NCBI GenBank assembly: GCA_009602735.1
Contig: WELA01002202.1
Location: forward strand, 169,328-222,154
Direction of reading: 5' to 3'
Source: Mesotaenium endlicherianum
Taxonomy: Eukaryota
Length of the DNA: 52,827 nucleotides
The position numbers were made by a program, and so were the translations under genes. The notes beneath the pieces were generated by a model. The model was not told the origin of the DNA, did no database searches, and was given only the letters and a program-made list of their open reading frames with translations. Positions 1-11,574 of this stretch are shown one piece after another. Numbering within the stretch: the first letter of the stretch is position 1; every line of letters starts with the position of its first letter.

Positions 1-219
1 CCCCCCGGCTCCCCCTCTTTCTTCCACTTGCTTCTCGGAATGAATCGTGTCTGTAGGTGTTCCCGATTTCACTGCCGTGGCTTCTCTGTCTCTTATGGCC
101 TTCTGAGATGGAAAGGGCTTGACCTCTTGCAGTAACGGGCCGGCCGGCTGGCCTCTTTGTTCCGGAGCTGTCCAGGCTCTTGTGTGAACCCGTGCGCTGC
201 TTGCTGTTTGGGAGGGCAG

Positions 220-1987
220 GCGTATGCGGCCGCCAAGTTTGCGGAGGCGTGCTTGAGGGCCATGCGTGGGGAGGCCGGCATCATCGAATGCGCCTACGTC
301 GAATCCCCTGTATGCTGCTGCCGCTCCCGGCCCATACAAATCTTTGTCCATTTGCTTCCCCCCCCCCCCTTGGCGGGGCCAGGGGGCAGCATGCCTTGCA
401 TCGTCACGGCCAACGCACACCCCTCCCTGCCACCTCCGTCGCATACTAGAGAGGCAATCGGGAGCGGCAGCGGATTGAGCTTTTTGGTTGCATCTGTGCT
501 ATCAAGGGGCGTCTGACCAGGCGGCCCCCGCTGTTGTGGAGAAAGAGTTGCTCTTGAAGAGCAGGGCTCGTCGTTGTAACGGCCACGCGTGCCTTATCTG
601 AATGCAAGACTGGCAGCTGCAGCGGCAGCTAGTATCGTGGTTCCGACCGGTGGGGGGAGGGGGGGGAGGAAGCAACCAGCCAGAGTGCATGCTGGGTGGG
701 GGTTCTTTGACCCCTATCAATTTATTTTTTACTTGCGCTCAGTTGATCCAACCGCTGTGCCGGAGGACATGCAGGTGCTGCTTCTGCTCCTGCTCTCTTC
801 GGCACGCTTGGGCATCTCCTGGCTTCACGGAAGGGGGACATCTTCGCCCTTGCAAAATCCTTTAGTATAGATCGGGGGGGGGGGGAGGCCTCAGCTGGCA
901 GCAGACCGTGAGAGGGGCCGGACCGGAGGAGCTTGGAAGGGGGGGGATATCTGTTGCTCACTGCACGTATTACCTGTGCTCGAGGGGAGCAGGTGACGGA
1001 GCACCCGTTCTTTGCGTCGCGCGTGCTGCTGGGCCGCAATGGCGTGGAGGAGATCTTGCCCCTGGGCCCCCTCAACGAGTTTGAGCGGTGCGTGTCACCC
1101 CCCCTCCCCCTCATCCCCCATCCACCCGGCTGACCACAATCTCATGCTGGCACCACCTCTTCGTCCTTGTGTATAGATAGTCCCGCCAAGTTTTTCTTGT
1201 GAATTCTCGGCATGTTCTCCCGAGTCGCGCCTGCCCCCTTCTGTTGGCAAGTTCGCTTGCTCCGGAGCTCATGTCCGAACTGGTGCAGAGTGCTCTGCCT
1301 CTGAGCCGCACGTGCGCACGGGGCGTGTAACTTTGGGGAGAGAACGTCACTGAGTTGGGCATCCTTGACGATCTCTTGAAGGCCGCCCAACCACCCACCG
1401 CACGGTATGCCAGACATGTGTGTGTACATGGAACTTGAGGAGGGGGAAGGAGGGGGGCGGAGGGCGGGAGGGCTCTGCTTCTGGGGCCATGAAGTTAAGG
1501 GGAACGAGTCCTTCCTGATGCTAATAGCAAAGGCTTTGCTAGACCGTGCGGCGGCGAGACTAGCCCTCCAGCCGCACTTGAGGGCCTTCTGAAGTGCGCC
1601 ACCTGTCAATGTGGCGGCGGCACTTTTTCCCAAGTCTTCTGAATGTGTGGCCTGTAGTCTGCACGTGGGTGGGCCGCCACGTCACCCCCATCTCGTGTGC
1701 GCGTCTCTCTCCGTTGGCCGAGTCAGGAAGACTTCCGAGTGAGAGCCCAGGCTGTTGTGGGCTTGCCTGTGCCTTGGACTGTCAAGGAGGCCACAGGCTG
1801 CAGTGCACATTTTGCCAAGAAGTGGCTGCTATGCCGTCGCACGCTGCCGCTGCCTTGCCTTGCTGACTTTGTTTGCGTTGTAGTGGGTGTGGGTTTGGGC
1901 ATGCGGGGGAGCAGGGCTGGTGTGGCCAAGATGAAGCAGGAACTCAGCAGCAACATTTCCAAGGGCATCAGCTTCATCAAGAAGTAG
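220..1987 (+). CDS. PMDH: Malate dehydrogenase, peroxisomal/glyoxysomal type, last three coding exons (5' part outside window)
   Basis: GT-AG exons 220-309, 993-1087 and 1915-1987 splice in frame to [85 protein letters not shown]. This is the characteristic C-terminus of plant [14 protein letters not shown] and LGPLNE(Y/F)ER best recall the peroxisomal isoform. Confidence 0.9.
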
Positions 1988-3905
1988 GAGGCGGCTGTGT
2001 GAGGGACATGCCTGCTAGGCCGTGTTTGTATGTATAGTGGGCCTGTGTGCGTGGTGCAGTTGTTGTTTGGCAGTCCATGTAAGGAGCTTTGGTTGTAAAA
2101 TAGGCTGCTAGCGTTTTGCGCTCATCATTGTGCCGAAAAGCGATGCTGGACGTTGTAATCTGGAACACACCAATGTAGTTGATTCAATTGTGCATCCTTT
2201 GGAGAGCACTAGCTTGTTAATGTTAGGTCTTTGCCCCACATCTGAAAGAGGCGTCAAAAAGGTCCAGATGGAAACAGGCACAGTGAAGAAAGGTGGAAGG
2301 TAATAACAAGCAGTCTGCAAAAAGCTAGATGCTCGTCATCACTTTATAAAGTCTTAACTGAATTGTCTACTCAAATTCAAGATTACAACGCCTAAGTTCA
2401 GTTATTGATGTGTAAATATAATCATCTGAAACTCCACTAGAAGTCTCGATATGTGCTAGTGGCACGGTTTTCACTGGGCCGTGGCAGGAGGTCAAATAAT
2501 CTGTGGCACTCACTCCTACCCACAATAAGTGCACTCACATGTTGAAAGCTTAATGGGCACCCCCTATCTGAACACAAAGGAGGGGCATCAAAGCTTGCAA
2601 TAAGTAGCTGCAAATTCAATAGCTTGGGCATTATTGAATTGTTGAGTATGCAGGGTCACCTCTGGTTGGTGGAAATTATATGCAGGTTGTATAGGTGCTA
2701 TCGTGCTCTTTACACAGCAGTTACTCCAACATGGATTACTTCTCATTCTAAGAAGAAGAATCAGTCTACACTGTCAAAAGCAGCCAAACGTGTACTGTTG
2801 TTTTTTTATTCTTCTCAAAGCATATTCACATTTGGAACAGCATGCTATCCCGATCGGAACTTGTGACTTGTATCCTTTTTGTAAGCGGACATTCACTCAA
2901 TCCCGTCTTCATCAACTTTTAAGCTGCATACATTTATTTATTTTTACAACTATCACTGCATGAGTATGGCAAAATATAGATTTTGTTTTCAGAAGGATAG
3001 CAAATGTCTCGTGTTGAGGGCATAGCCAGGTTACCTCGTCAAAATAACATCACTATCCCTCTTTTAGGCAGAGATGTGTTTTTTATATGTATGTGCATAT
3101 GTTGTGCAAAATATTCTACATCGTCTGATTTATATGGACAAGACTGAAAGTGCTTTCACAAATTGTTTCAGGAATTCAATTTCATCAGGAAACAAGCGAC
3201 TTCCGAAATTTTGAGCACCAATGCTATTTAGCTTTCCTTCTATTCCTCTATACATACAAGCATACATGAAGTGAAAGTGAGGAGTACGAGCACACCGACA
3301 TTACTCAGCCAGGATGTCTCTCAAATTTATCTCTTGTTCCAAGGCGTTACAAAAGAACGGCTTATATTAATGCTACATCCCACATGGCGCCTGTTTAAGA
3401 CCATCTCCAACTAAAACTTCCAGATGCTGGCGTTAAAGCCTAATCCAGGAAAAATTAAAGAGGACCCTAAAGAGAGCACTTTATTTTGATTAGCTTCTAG
3501 CTTGGTAGCAATCTCGCAACAAAAACCACATCCCACTCTCTTTACAGAGCCAACTTGAGGAAGAGGGCCTCCAACAAAAGCCCACCTTTTGTCAGCACTG
3601 GAAAGGGAGTCGAATGCCGGTATGACTCCGATGTAAGCTACCAAAATGAAGTCCGATTTCTGCACAAACCCCCCCAAATCCGCTCTACAATACCAAAAAA
3701 GTCTCGCACAAATGTGGAGCGTACGTCTTTTGAGAAAGATCTACTCAATAAACCCCCCCCCCAAAAAAAGAGTTGACAAAACCCAAGCAAAATTGAACTG
3801 CACATAACTTAGCACCCTGAACTGTAAGGGCGAGTATACTCCTTAGTGAAATGCTGCGCTACTATAAGACAGGTTACTCCACTCCAAGCCAGACTAACCC
3901 AATCC

Positions 3906-6900
3906 TTAGTAGGGGTTGTAGTAGTAGGTGCTGGCGTGGGGGTTGGCGAGGCCGGTGTCCGGGAAAGCCGTCTTGTAGTCCAGGGTGGTCCACTTGGGGT
4001 CGGGGTAGACGTGGGTGGCGTTCCACTGGAACACCTGCACTGTCTTGGTACCCCCGCGGTGGAACAGGCCGTAGCTGTCAGGCATACACGCGCAGGGAGT
4101 CAGCACGATGTATCTGCGAGTACTAGTAGCGGATGCATCTGTCTGCACCTGGGAGGCCATGGGAGAGATATGGAAGAACGTCATGCGAGTCAAGAGGGGG
4201 CTGGTTAACCAAGAGAGGCTGGTAGAGTAATTACAAGAAGGCATGTTGATTAGCTTCTGATCCTGCGCAGTTCTGCAACACATACCTCTTGAAGTCGAGG
4301 AAGTAGTTAAAGAGGACGAAGCGGTTGTCCAGGGGGGACTGGGTGCCTCCGAGGCCTCCCGGGTACAGCGCCACATAGTGGGGGTTGGAGCCAGGTGGCA
4401 GGCTGGAGACACACACACAGAGAGAGGTTGAGCGAAGACATTTACATCTCGTGAAAAGAGCTCCTGTGTAAGCACAATGCGACTCCATTAATGCCACCCG
4501 CAATCGACACATCAGAAGAGGGGAGACGGGAGGATGCCGGCAACACACATGTACACACCTGCACACACGCACACACCCACACACACGCACACACACGCGC
4601 ATGGTCGCGTAGAGAAGCGCGTGGCACTCACACGTAGGTGCTGACGACCTTGATGGCCTCGGGCGTGCTGTAGTCGAAGTACAGGATGCGGTCGATGGCG
4701 TTGAGCGTCACAAAGCCAGTCTGCCACAGGGAAGAGCGCATCAGAGGGGAACATTGTGCCATTGTCATCAGTAAACAAGCTGGCGAAAGATTTGCTACCC
4801 GGCAAGGCAAAAGAGGGTCCCGCCAGCGGTCAGGAGCTGCAGAGAATGCAATGCGTTGGGCACAGGTTTGCCGTTTTCTTTCAAAGCATGCAACTTGTGC
4901 AACATCATCCGTTTCACTGAACCCTCATGACTGCGCACAAGAGTCAAAAGACTGGTCTCTTGCTCCTTTCAAAGAGTGCGCTGTCATAGCCCTCATCCTG
5001 GGAGAAAGTTCGAATCCCAGGCCGCAGATTTGGGTAGAAGGGGAGCCCTACCCGCTTGTCGGCGCCAAGAGTGAAGTAGTGGGGGTCGGCATTGGGCAGG
5101 CCGACAGCTGTCAGGTCAAGAGCCACGGTCCACGTCACACCGGGCTTCCTGCAACCCATGCACACATGCACGCGCAGGCTCAGCCACATACCAGAATTTG
5201 GCGCGACAGATGCTGAGAGAGGGAAGACAGAACAGCAACCCGCATGCACGAATACACGCATGCACTCCCGCCCTGGCTAACAACCTGGCGTCAAATGCAT
5301 GAAGAGTCAAGCATTGGCAATTTCCCACGAGGCAGCAGGTAGCAACAGGCCAGGGTTGCACCCAAAGTGACGGGGGGACGAGGAAGAGAAGGAGGAGGAG
5401 GAGGAGGGTGCTCACGATCCATCGAGGTTGGGGTCCAGCAGGTAGATCTTGTTGGAGATGACACCGGTGCCGTAGAAGCGGCCGCGCGCGTCGCCTGGCA
5501 GGTAGTGCACCACCAGGTTGCCGGCGTTGTCGTCCACGATCCAGGTGTCGATGATGGTGCGCGTGCTGTACTTCCACAGCCGGTACGTGGGCTGCGCAGG
5601 CACCATGCCATATGGGGTGCACGTCAAAGTGAGCACAGAAGGAAGGCCAGGGATAGGCCCATCTGTCACATAGTTTTACGTCAGTTCCCAAAATGAGCAA
5701 AGAGAGGAAGGTGCCAAGATGGGCCATAGCAATTCCCCAACTCCAGACATCAGGCATACACTCAACAGAGGCGCAACAGAGGTGCAACAGAGGCACATAC
5801 GCTCCCAGGGGACCAAAAGACAGCACAAGTGCACACACTTGTGGGCCTGCCCATACACGAAAGAAGCACACTAAAGCCACACAACAATGCACACAAAAGC
5901 CCACACACAAAAGGGCAACAACGCAAACAAACATCCATGCGCTCACACTCGCACACATACGCACGCACCTGGTAGTTGATGCCCTGGTAGGCCGCCTGCG
6001 TGGCGTACAGGAGAGAGGCGGGCTCCACGTAGTCAGTGGTGACCATGATGTCCAGGTCCTCGCGCACGGCGATTCCGTGGATGTTGAGCGTGCCCAGCGA
6101 CACCACGCCCTCGGGCTTCAGAAAGTTGGCGGTGTTGACGGGCCGCGTGAAGGGGCCCCCGAAGATGCCCAGGAAGCTGCCCAGGTAGCCGTTGAGCGCG
6201 CCCAGGTACAGCGGCGTGATGGGCGGCAGGTCCGGGTACTCCCTGAGGACTTTGCCGTTGCGGTCCAGCTCCGTGATGCGCCCGATGGGCGTGCCCGCAC
6301 GCGTGGACAGGCTGCACATGCAAGTCAGGAGACTCTCAAACCTATGAGCATATAATTTTTCGAGGTGAGGTTGCGTGCATGGGCAGGCGACATGGAAATT
6401 CAAGAACAAATTCTGTCGATGCATCAAAGAGAAATCAGGGAAACGGCAAAGCAGACCAGGATGAAGAGCTGGCTGGGAGTGCTCAAAGGACATAGCCAAT
6501 GTATACCTGGAAGTTGGCATACATAACAACAGCAGGGGCTGAGGGCAGGTTCACGTTGAAAGGGTTCAGTGCGCAGCAAAGAGGACCAACAGCAGCAGCA
6601 GCGGTGGCGGCGGCAGCGAGCGCAGTACCTGCTGAGGAGGAAGCCGCCGGTCTCCGCCACGGGGTAGAGCTCGTCCGCCGCACCCGACAGCAGGGGGTTG
6701 GCCGTCGCGATCTGCACCGGGTTGCGAGGGTCGGTGGTGTCGAAGATGAATACCTGCTCCTGCAGCGGCTTGGTGGCGGCAAAGGGGTACAGGAACGACA
6801 GGATGCCCGCTCCCGCCACGCGCGTGTAGTCCGTGCTGAAGGTCAGGTGGTGGGGCTGCAGGCACACACATGCATCATATAAAGGAGCTGTCAGGCTCTG

Positions 6901-8071
6901 CGTGCATTGCTTAGCCCCCAGATCATGCACCTTCAGCTGCTGGAAAACTCTCACGTCCATTGCAACACAGGCGCATGCTCGGAAATGCAGACGTAGAACG
7001 CAAGGGCGCACAAAATGACATACAGAAAATTCACGACATTCGAGGGAAAATTAATACGCTAGACTTGATCGGCAAAAAGAGTGAATGGGAGAGGGTGGGG
7101 GCAAGTATACATGACGTAAGCCTGACTGATGCCCACCTCATTGCCGCGGGCGGAGTCACCCGTGAGCTGCACCCGCTTGATGAGCTTGCCGTAGTCGGCG
7201 GAGCTGCGGTTGAAGTTGTACACAGCCAGAAAGTCGGGGTGTACGTGGTCGTCGTCTCCAGCCCAGATGTAGATCAGCTCGTCCTTCACCGTGTTGCGCG
7301 GGATGAGGCCCAGCACCACCTGTGATTGCACACACGCCCACACACACAACACACGCACATGCGCAAACAACCACCTCACCGTGCGGCTCAGCACTGTTGA
7401 TGCCAGAGCATGATTACCGGCTTGGTGTCGTGCGTGACAGAAATCACGCCCAATGCCTTTCGCTATACAAAACTAGCATGCGACTTGATACACCAAATGC
7501 AGTGATTGCACACATGAGCCCTGTGCTCCACGGGTCGTTTCAGAGAGCAATGTGTCCTCTGGTGCATGTATAAAGGGGTCAGCCAATACGTCAATAGGGT
7601 CCTGCAATCACGCGATATTGCTGTTTGAATATATGATAGTGCACACTCATGCAACAGAAGCACCATTTCACTCTGCTCTTACCCACGCATAATGGAGCCA
7701 TCGATGAAAGAATTTAATTGAGTCAACTGCTGACTGTGGCTACATGTTCCCGCTACAATACAATTTTTACTTGCAGTTCATGTGAAGAAATAATGTACAA
7801 ACATATCTCATAGGACTACTCTAAGACCTTTGTGTGCTTCTGTACTATGTAACAGCTGCTGCTAGATGCTCGTACATGCATCGCTAGAAAGGCTTTTACT
7901 GCATGCAACATTTTGTCTTGATGCAACATATCGCACCATGTGCACAACTACTGACAAACATGCTCATGTACGCGTGCACACACTCTACAGCTTGCATGAT
8001 AACAATATATAGCTTACCTGGGCAGAGACAAGAAGGACAAGGAAAGCTAAGGCTGACGCACTGGCAGCCAT
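3906..8071 (-). CDS. Secreted SBP56 / methanethiol-oxidase-like beta-propeller protein, copy 1 (484 aa, 9 coding exons)
   Basis: Exons 8071-8018, 7319-7137, 6855-6629, 6311-5969, 5591-5416, 5148-5052, 4720-4632, 4402-4286 and 4074-3906 all have GT-AG boundaries and total 1455 nt in one open frame. The N-terminus MAASASALAFLVLLVSAQVVLG is signal-peptide-like. Motifs YIWAGD..PDFLAV..S.DYGK, GNEPHH, NIHG, DPHY, NPHY and NPH match what I recall of the SBP56 (selenium-binding protein/MTO) family. Family assignment is by motif recognition, not by search. Confidence 0.85.
4540..4600. repeat. Imperfect (CA)n/(CACG) microsatellite in an intron of copy 1
   Basis: caacacacatgtacacacctgcacacacgcacacacccacacacacgcacacacacgcgc. 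Confidence 0.7.
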
Positions 8072-8072
8072 T

Positions 8073-8490
8073 GTACTGCAGCTCTAGGGACTCCGACTGA
8101 AGAGTCTGTTCTTGCCTGGCGCTGTAGGTCCGGGAAGTGCAGTACAATTGCTAGAGCTAGGGTTACGCCTGTGCAAAAGCGTGAAAATTCCTGAAGCTGC
8201 TCAAGGCAGCTATTAAGTGCAGTACACAATGAAGGGCACTGCTGTACTTCTTTATACACTTTTGCTTCTCCAGCGACGAAGCCATCAGATGTCGGGAACC
8301 TCAATCGTTTACTGTTTGCATGGGTGAAGGGCCCTCTGGCTTGAATCGCGTCCATGTTCTTGCTCTTGCGGAGGTTAGCCTCTCGTTGTTAGTATGCATT
8401 TGGCATCTTGCTTAGGTATTACCTGGACTAGCTTCTGACGAACTTCGAGGAAACTAAAGGCCCAACATTTGGCATGAAAGAGTACGGAGG
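8073..8490 (-). promoter_or_regulatory. Putative promoter/5'UTR of copy 1 (TATA box plus GTAC cluster)
   Basis: TATAAA on the - strand at 8251-8256, ~180 nt upstream of the ATG. Non-coding blocks (CAAGAGCAAGAACATGGACG, GCCAGAGGGCCCT, ATGCAAACAGTAA, CTGATGGCTTCGTCGC) are shared with copies 2/3. GTAC at 8073, 8142, 8222, 8244 and 8482. Confidence 0.6.
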
Positions 8491-11400
8491 AAGCTTTTAC
8501 TAGCAAAAGAGTCGGTGGGATGTGAGACGAAGTCACAAGCCAATCTACTCCCACTCAGAATTTCTGCGAGCACGTAGCAAATGCGAGCGTTAAGCCGTAA
8601 ACATACGTCATGCACAATCGACTAACCTAATTTGAGTCTACATATTCCGCTTCTAGCATCAGAGACTTCCGGGTTAAAACTCTTAAACTGGCTCCTGCAT
8701 ACCCAAACGCATGTATGGCTTTGCATGTCAGGTAAGGAACTAAGGACGGTCCCACATTTCACTCGACTTCCCTGCAATGAAGGATGGCAAATATTTAATT
8801 TAGTCATGGAGGAGGAACTAAGTAAGGTCTTACTTGTGCGGAATCGAGCAACTCAGACTTACAAGTGTCTGCAGTCAGATGTGAACGTCTACATGTGTCC
8901 ATATTGCATGGCGTAACATCAGAAAGTTCAATCGACAACACGAATTGACACGAATGCTTGGCAACGTCTTTGTCGTTGTCGTGCATCGAGTCGGGCATTG
9001 ATTGGTATTGTCAGGTTCTCGTAGTATGGGTTAGTTCGAGAAATTGTTGGAACACTGCACCTGGGCATCTCTCTGCTAGCTGATGGCGACGAGCCTCGCA
9101 AACTGCCGGCGTCGAGACCAGGTTTGAGATGGTTTGAGATGTCGTTTCTTTCAAGGAAATTAATCTGTGTCCAAGAAACATTTACGTTGTATTTATAACA
9201 CTACTACACTGACTATATTATTATATAGAATAAATCACTGATGATTACTGAAAGGTTTGTCTGCAAAGAGAATTTGGCTGATGATTTATGCAGTTGTTCA
9301 GGTTCAGAAGTTGACAGAATGCGGGGAGAGAGCTGTGGATGAATTTCGAGGTCGAGAGGGAGACTCAGGTCCATTAAACGCAGTCTTCAGTGCTGTCTTC
9401 AGCCCACTACAATGTATGTCTGAGCAATTCTGTTACATTTTGCTGCTTTGCAGCTTCGTATGTGTCTCAATTCCTGCTTGTAGCTCTAGCCGGTGTCTTA
9501 TTTTTAATGCTGGCGATGCCACACTTGAAGGGAGTAGTTTAAGCTACATTGGGGCAGTTTGGAGAATCCATATCAGCTATGTTCTATCTGGACGACATTG
9601 TCTCGTCGCTCAGGACTTCCTTGGGTGATCAATGTGCCCCATTGGGAGTCGCAATTGACTGCATAGAGTAACGACAAATACTTATACTTGAAACGGCAGG
9701 CACTCTGCAGCAGTATAATAACATGTGCATCTCTTGGAAGTTCAAACTATGAACGAAGACATACTATTTGTGATTGTTTTCTGCATGCCGTCATGTTTGA
9801 GCACAAATGTGAGTTTGTTTTGTGTTTCGGGTGTCAGGGCATAGGATGGGTGGGTCTCATCCGCGCTGTGCTTGTCTCACTGCGTCTGCTTACTATTAGC
9901 ATGCATTTTTCTGCTTATATATGAGAAGAAAGCGGACGGCTGTTTGCTCGAGAATGTAAGAGGGATACCCTACTCTCATCCATCCAGTCCCAAACTGAAC
10001 TACAAAGTATATTCTCCTCACCTTCGCGTCTTAACATTCATGCAACTTTGACCCACATGACTCTATTCAATATCTGGACTGTAATTGGCTTTCGAAAGTC
10101 ACAACCCCCAACAAGACAAATTTAGCTCACTTCAAAATTGGTAAAGATGGTTCAATGGGGGGTGCTTATAATTTTAGGTCCTGCTTGTTTAAATACACTT
10201 ATTGCGTGCAAGATGTGAGAAATGAAAGCAGGGAAGATGTTCAGAAATGCTTTTATGTTGCTGAATGTATATGTAATGAGCATCGTGTACTCATCCTTTG
10301 GTCATTCTTAACTCGTGACCTAAAAGGTGGTTTAATGAAGAAGACATGGGCTTGCTTTCTGAGAGGAAGACCACTCGTTATTTCTATATGAGGTTTATGC
10401 ACGACGTGTCATTGTGACAAAATGCACAAGTTACTATCCATCAAATTTGCCCCGGCACATAATCGTTTCAGTCAGACCTCTATTCTCAGACCGGGTGTAT
10501 CAACTGAACATCATGTTTCACTGGATATACATGTTTTTAGGAATGATGAACGGCTTCCATCTTTTTCAAACTACCGCGAGTTGCACCTCAAAGAGTATAA
10601 GTGAATAAATAGATTACTCAAAGACTTGAATGCAGAGCCGGGTTAACTCTTCTTTTGGAGTTCTATGAGAGATTTATCTTAGCATCTTACAGTCCGGTAG
10701 TCATAACAGAAGATCTGCAGTCTAATGTGAAGCCTAGGAGCAAATTTTATGCCCACAAATTATTTGTTGTCAAAAAAGCATAATCCTCTTTCTCCAATGC
10801 AAATCCAAGGCAGACAGTCTTTTAGGGGAAGCCCACATTATACTGGGAGATATTACCAGTTCATATCCACCAAAACATACCAATCATATGGAAAATCCCA
10901 ACCTGACTTCAAGGTAAGCATCTTTAATTTTGCTAAAGAAGGCCAACAGGGATTTGACTACAAGACCCAGTTGACCGATTCTCTCAATATCAGCACTTAT
11001 AGAACAAGCCCACGTACCAATGACTACACATTATATTCCACTGTGGCCCTACATTCTCATCCCCATTTCACTGACTGCACATACTGTGTCATAGTTGCCC
11101 GGAATCGCTGACTGGAAATGATAGTTCCCTTTACTAGTCCATTTTTAGGAATGAACAATGGAATGCTGAAATGTTTCCAAATACCGCCAATTGCTTCATA
11201 GGGAAGCAAAGAACCAGATTCCGTTTATAGGCTTGATGCTCAAGGCCACGGCTCAAAATCACATGCATCTTCAACTGAAACGACAGTTTCCACATGCACC
11301 TTTAAGTGTGGTAATCAGAACATGCTCATTGCAGTCTCATGTCAATTGGTTCATAGCAGTTTCTACAGCTAGATACGGCATAGTAAGGAATCACATCGGG

Positions 11401-11574
11401 AAGGCTACCATTCTAGTTAGTTAATTTGAAGGGACTGTTTCAGAGTTTTGAAGCACTTAAAACAGATCAGGTCATGTGTTTATTGTGGAAACCAGAAATT
11501 ACCCATAAATAGTTCATTTTAAATGTAGTCTGAGAGCAACATCATGTATGCCTAATTTATGCTATAGCATCTTA

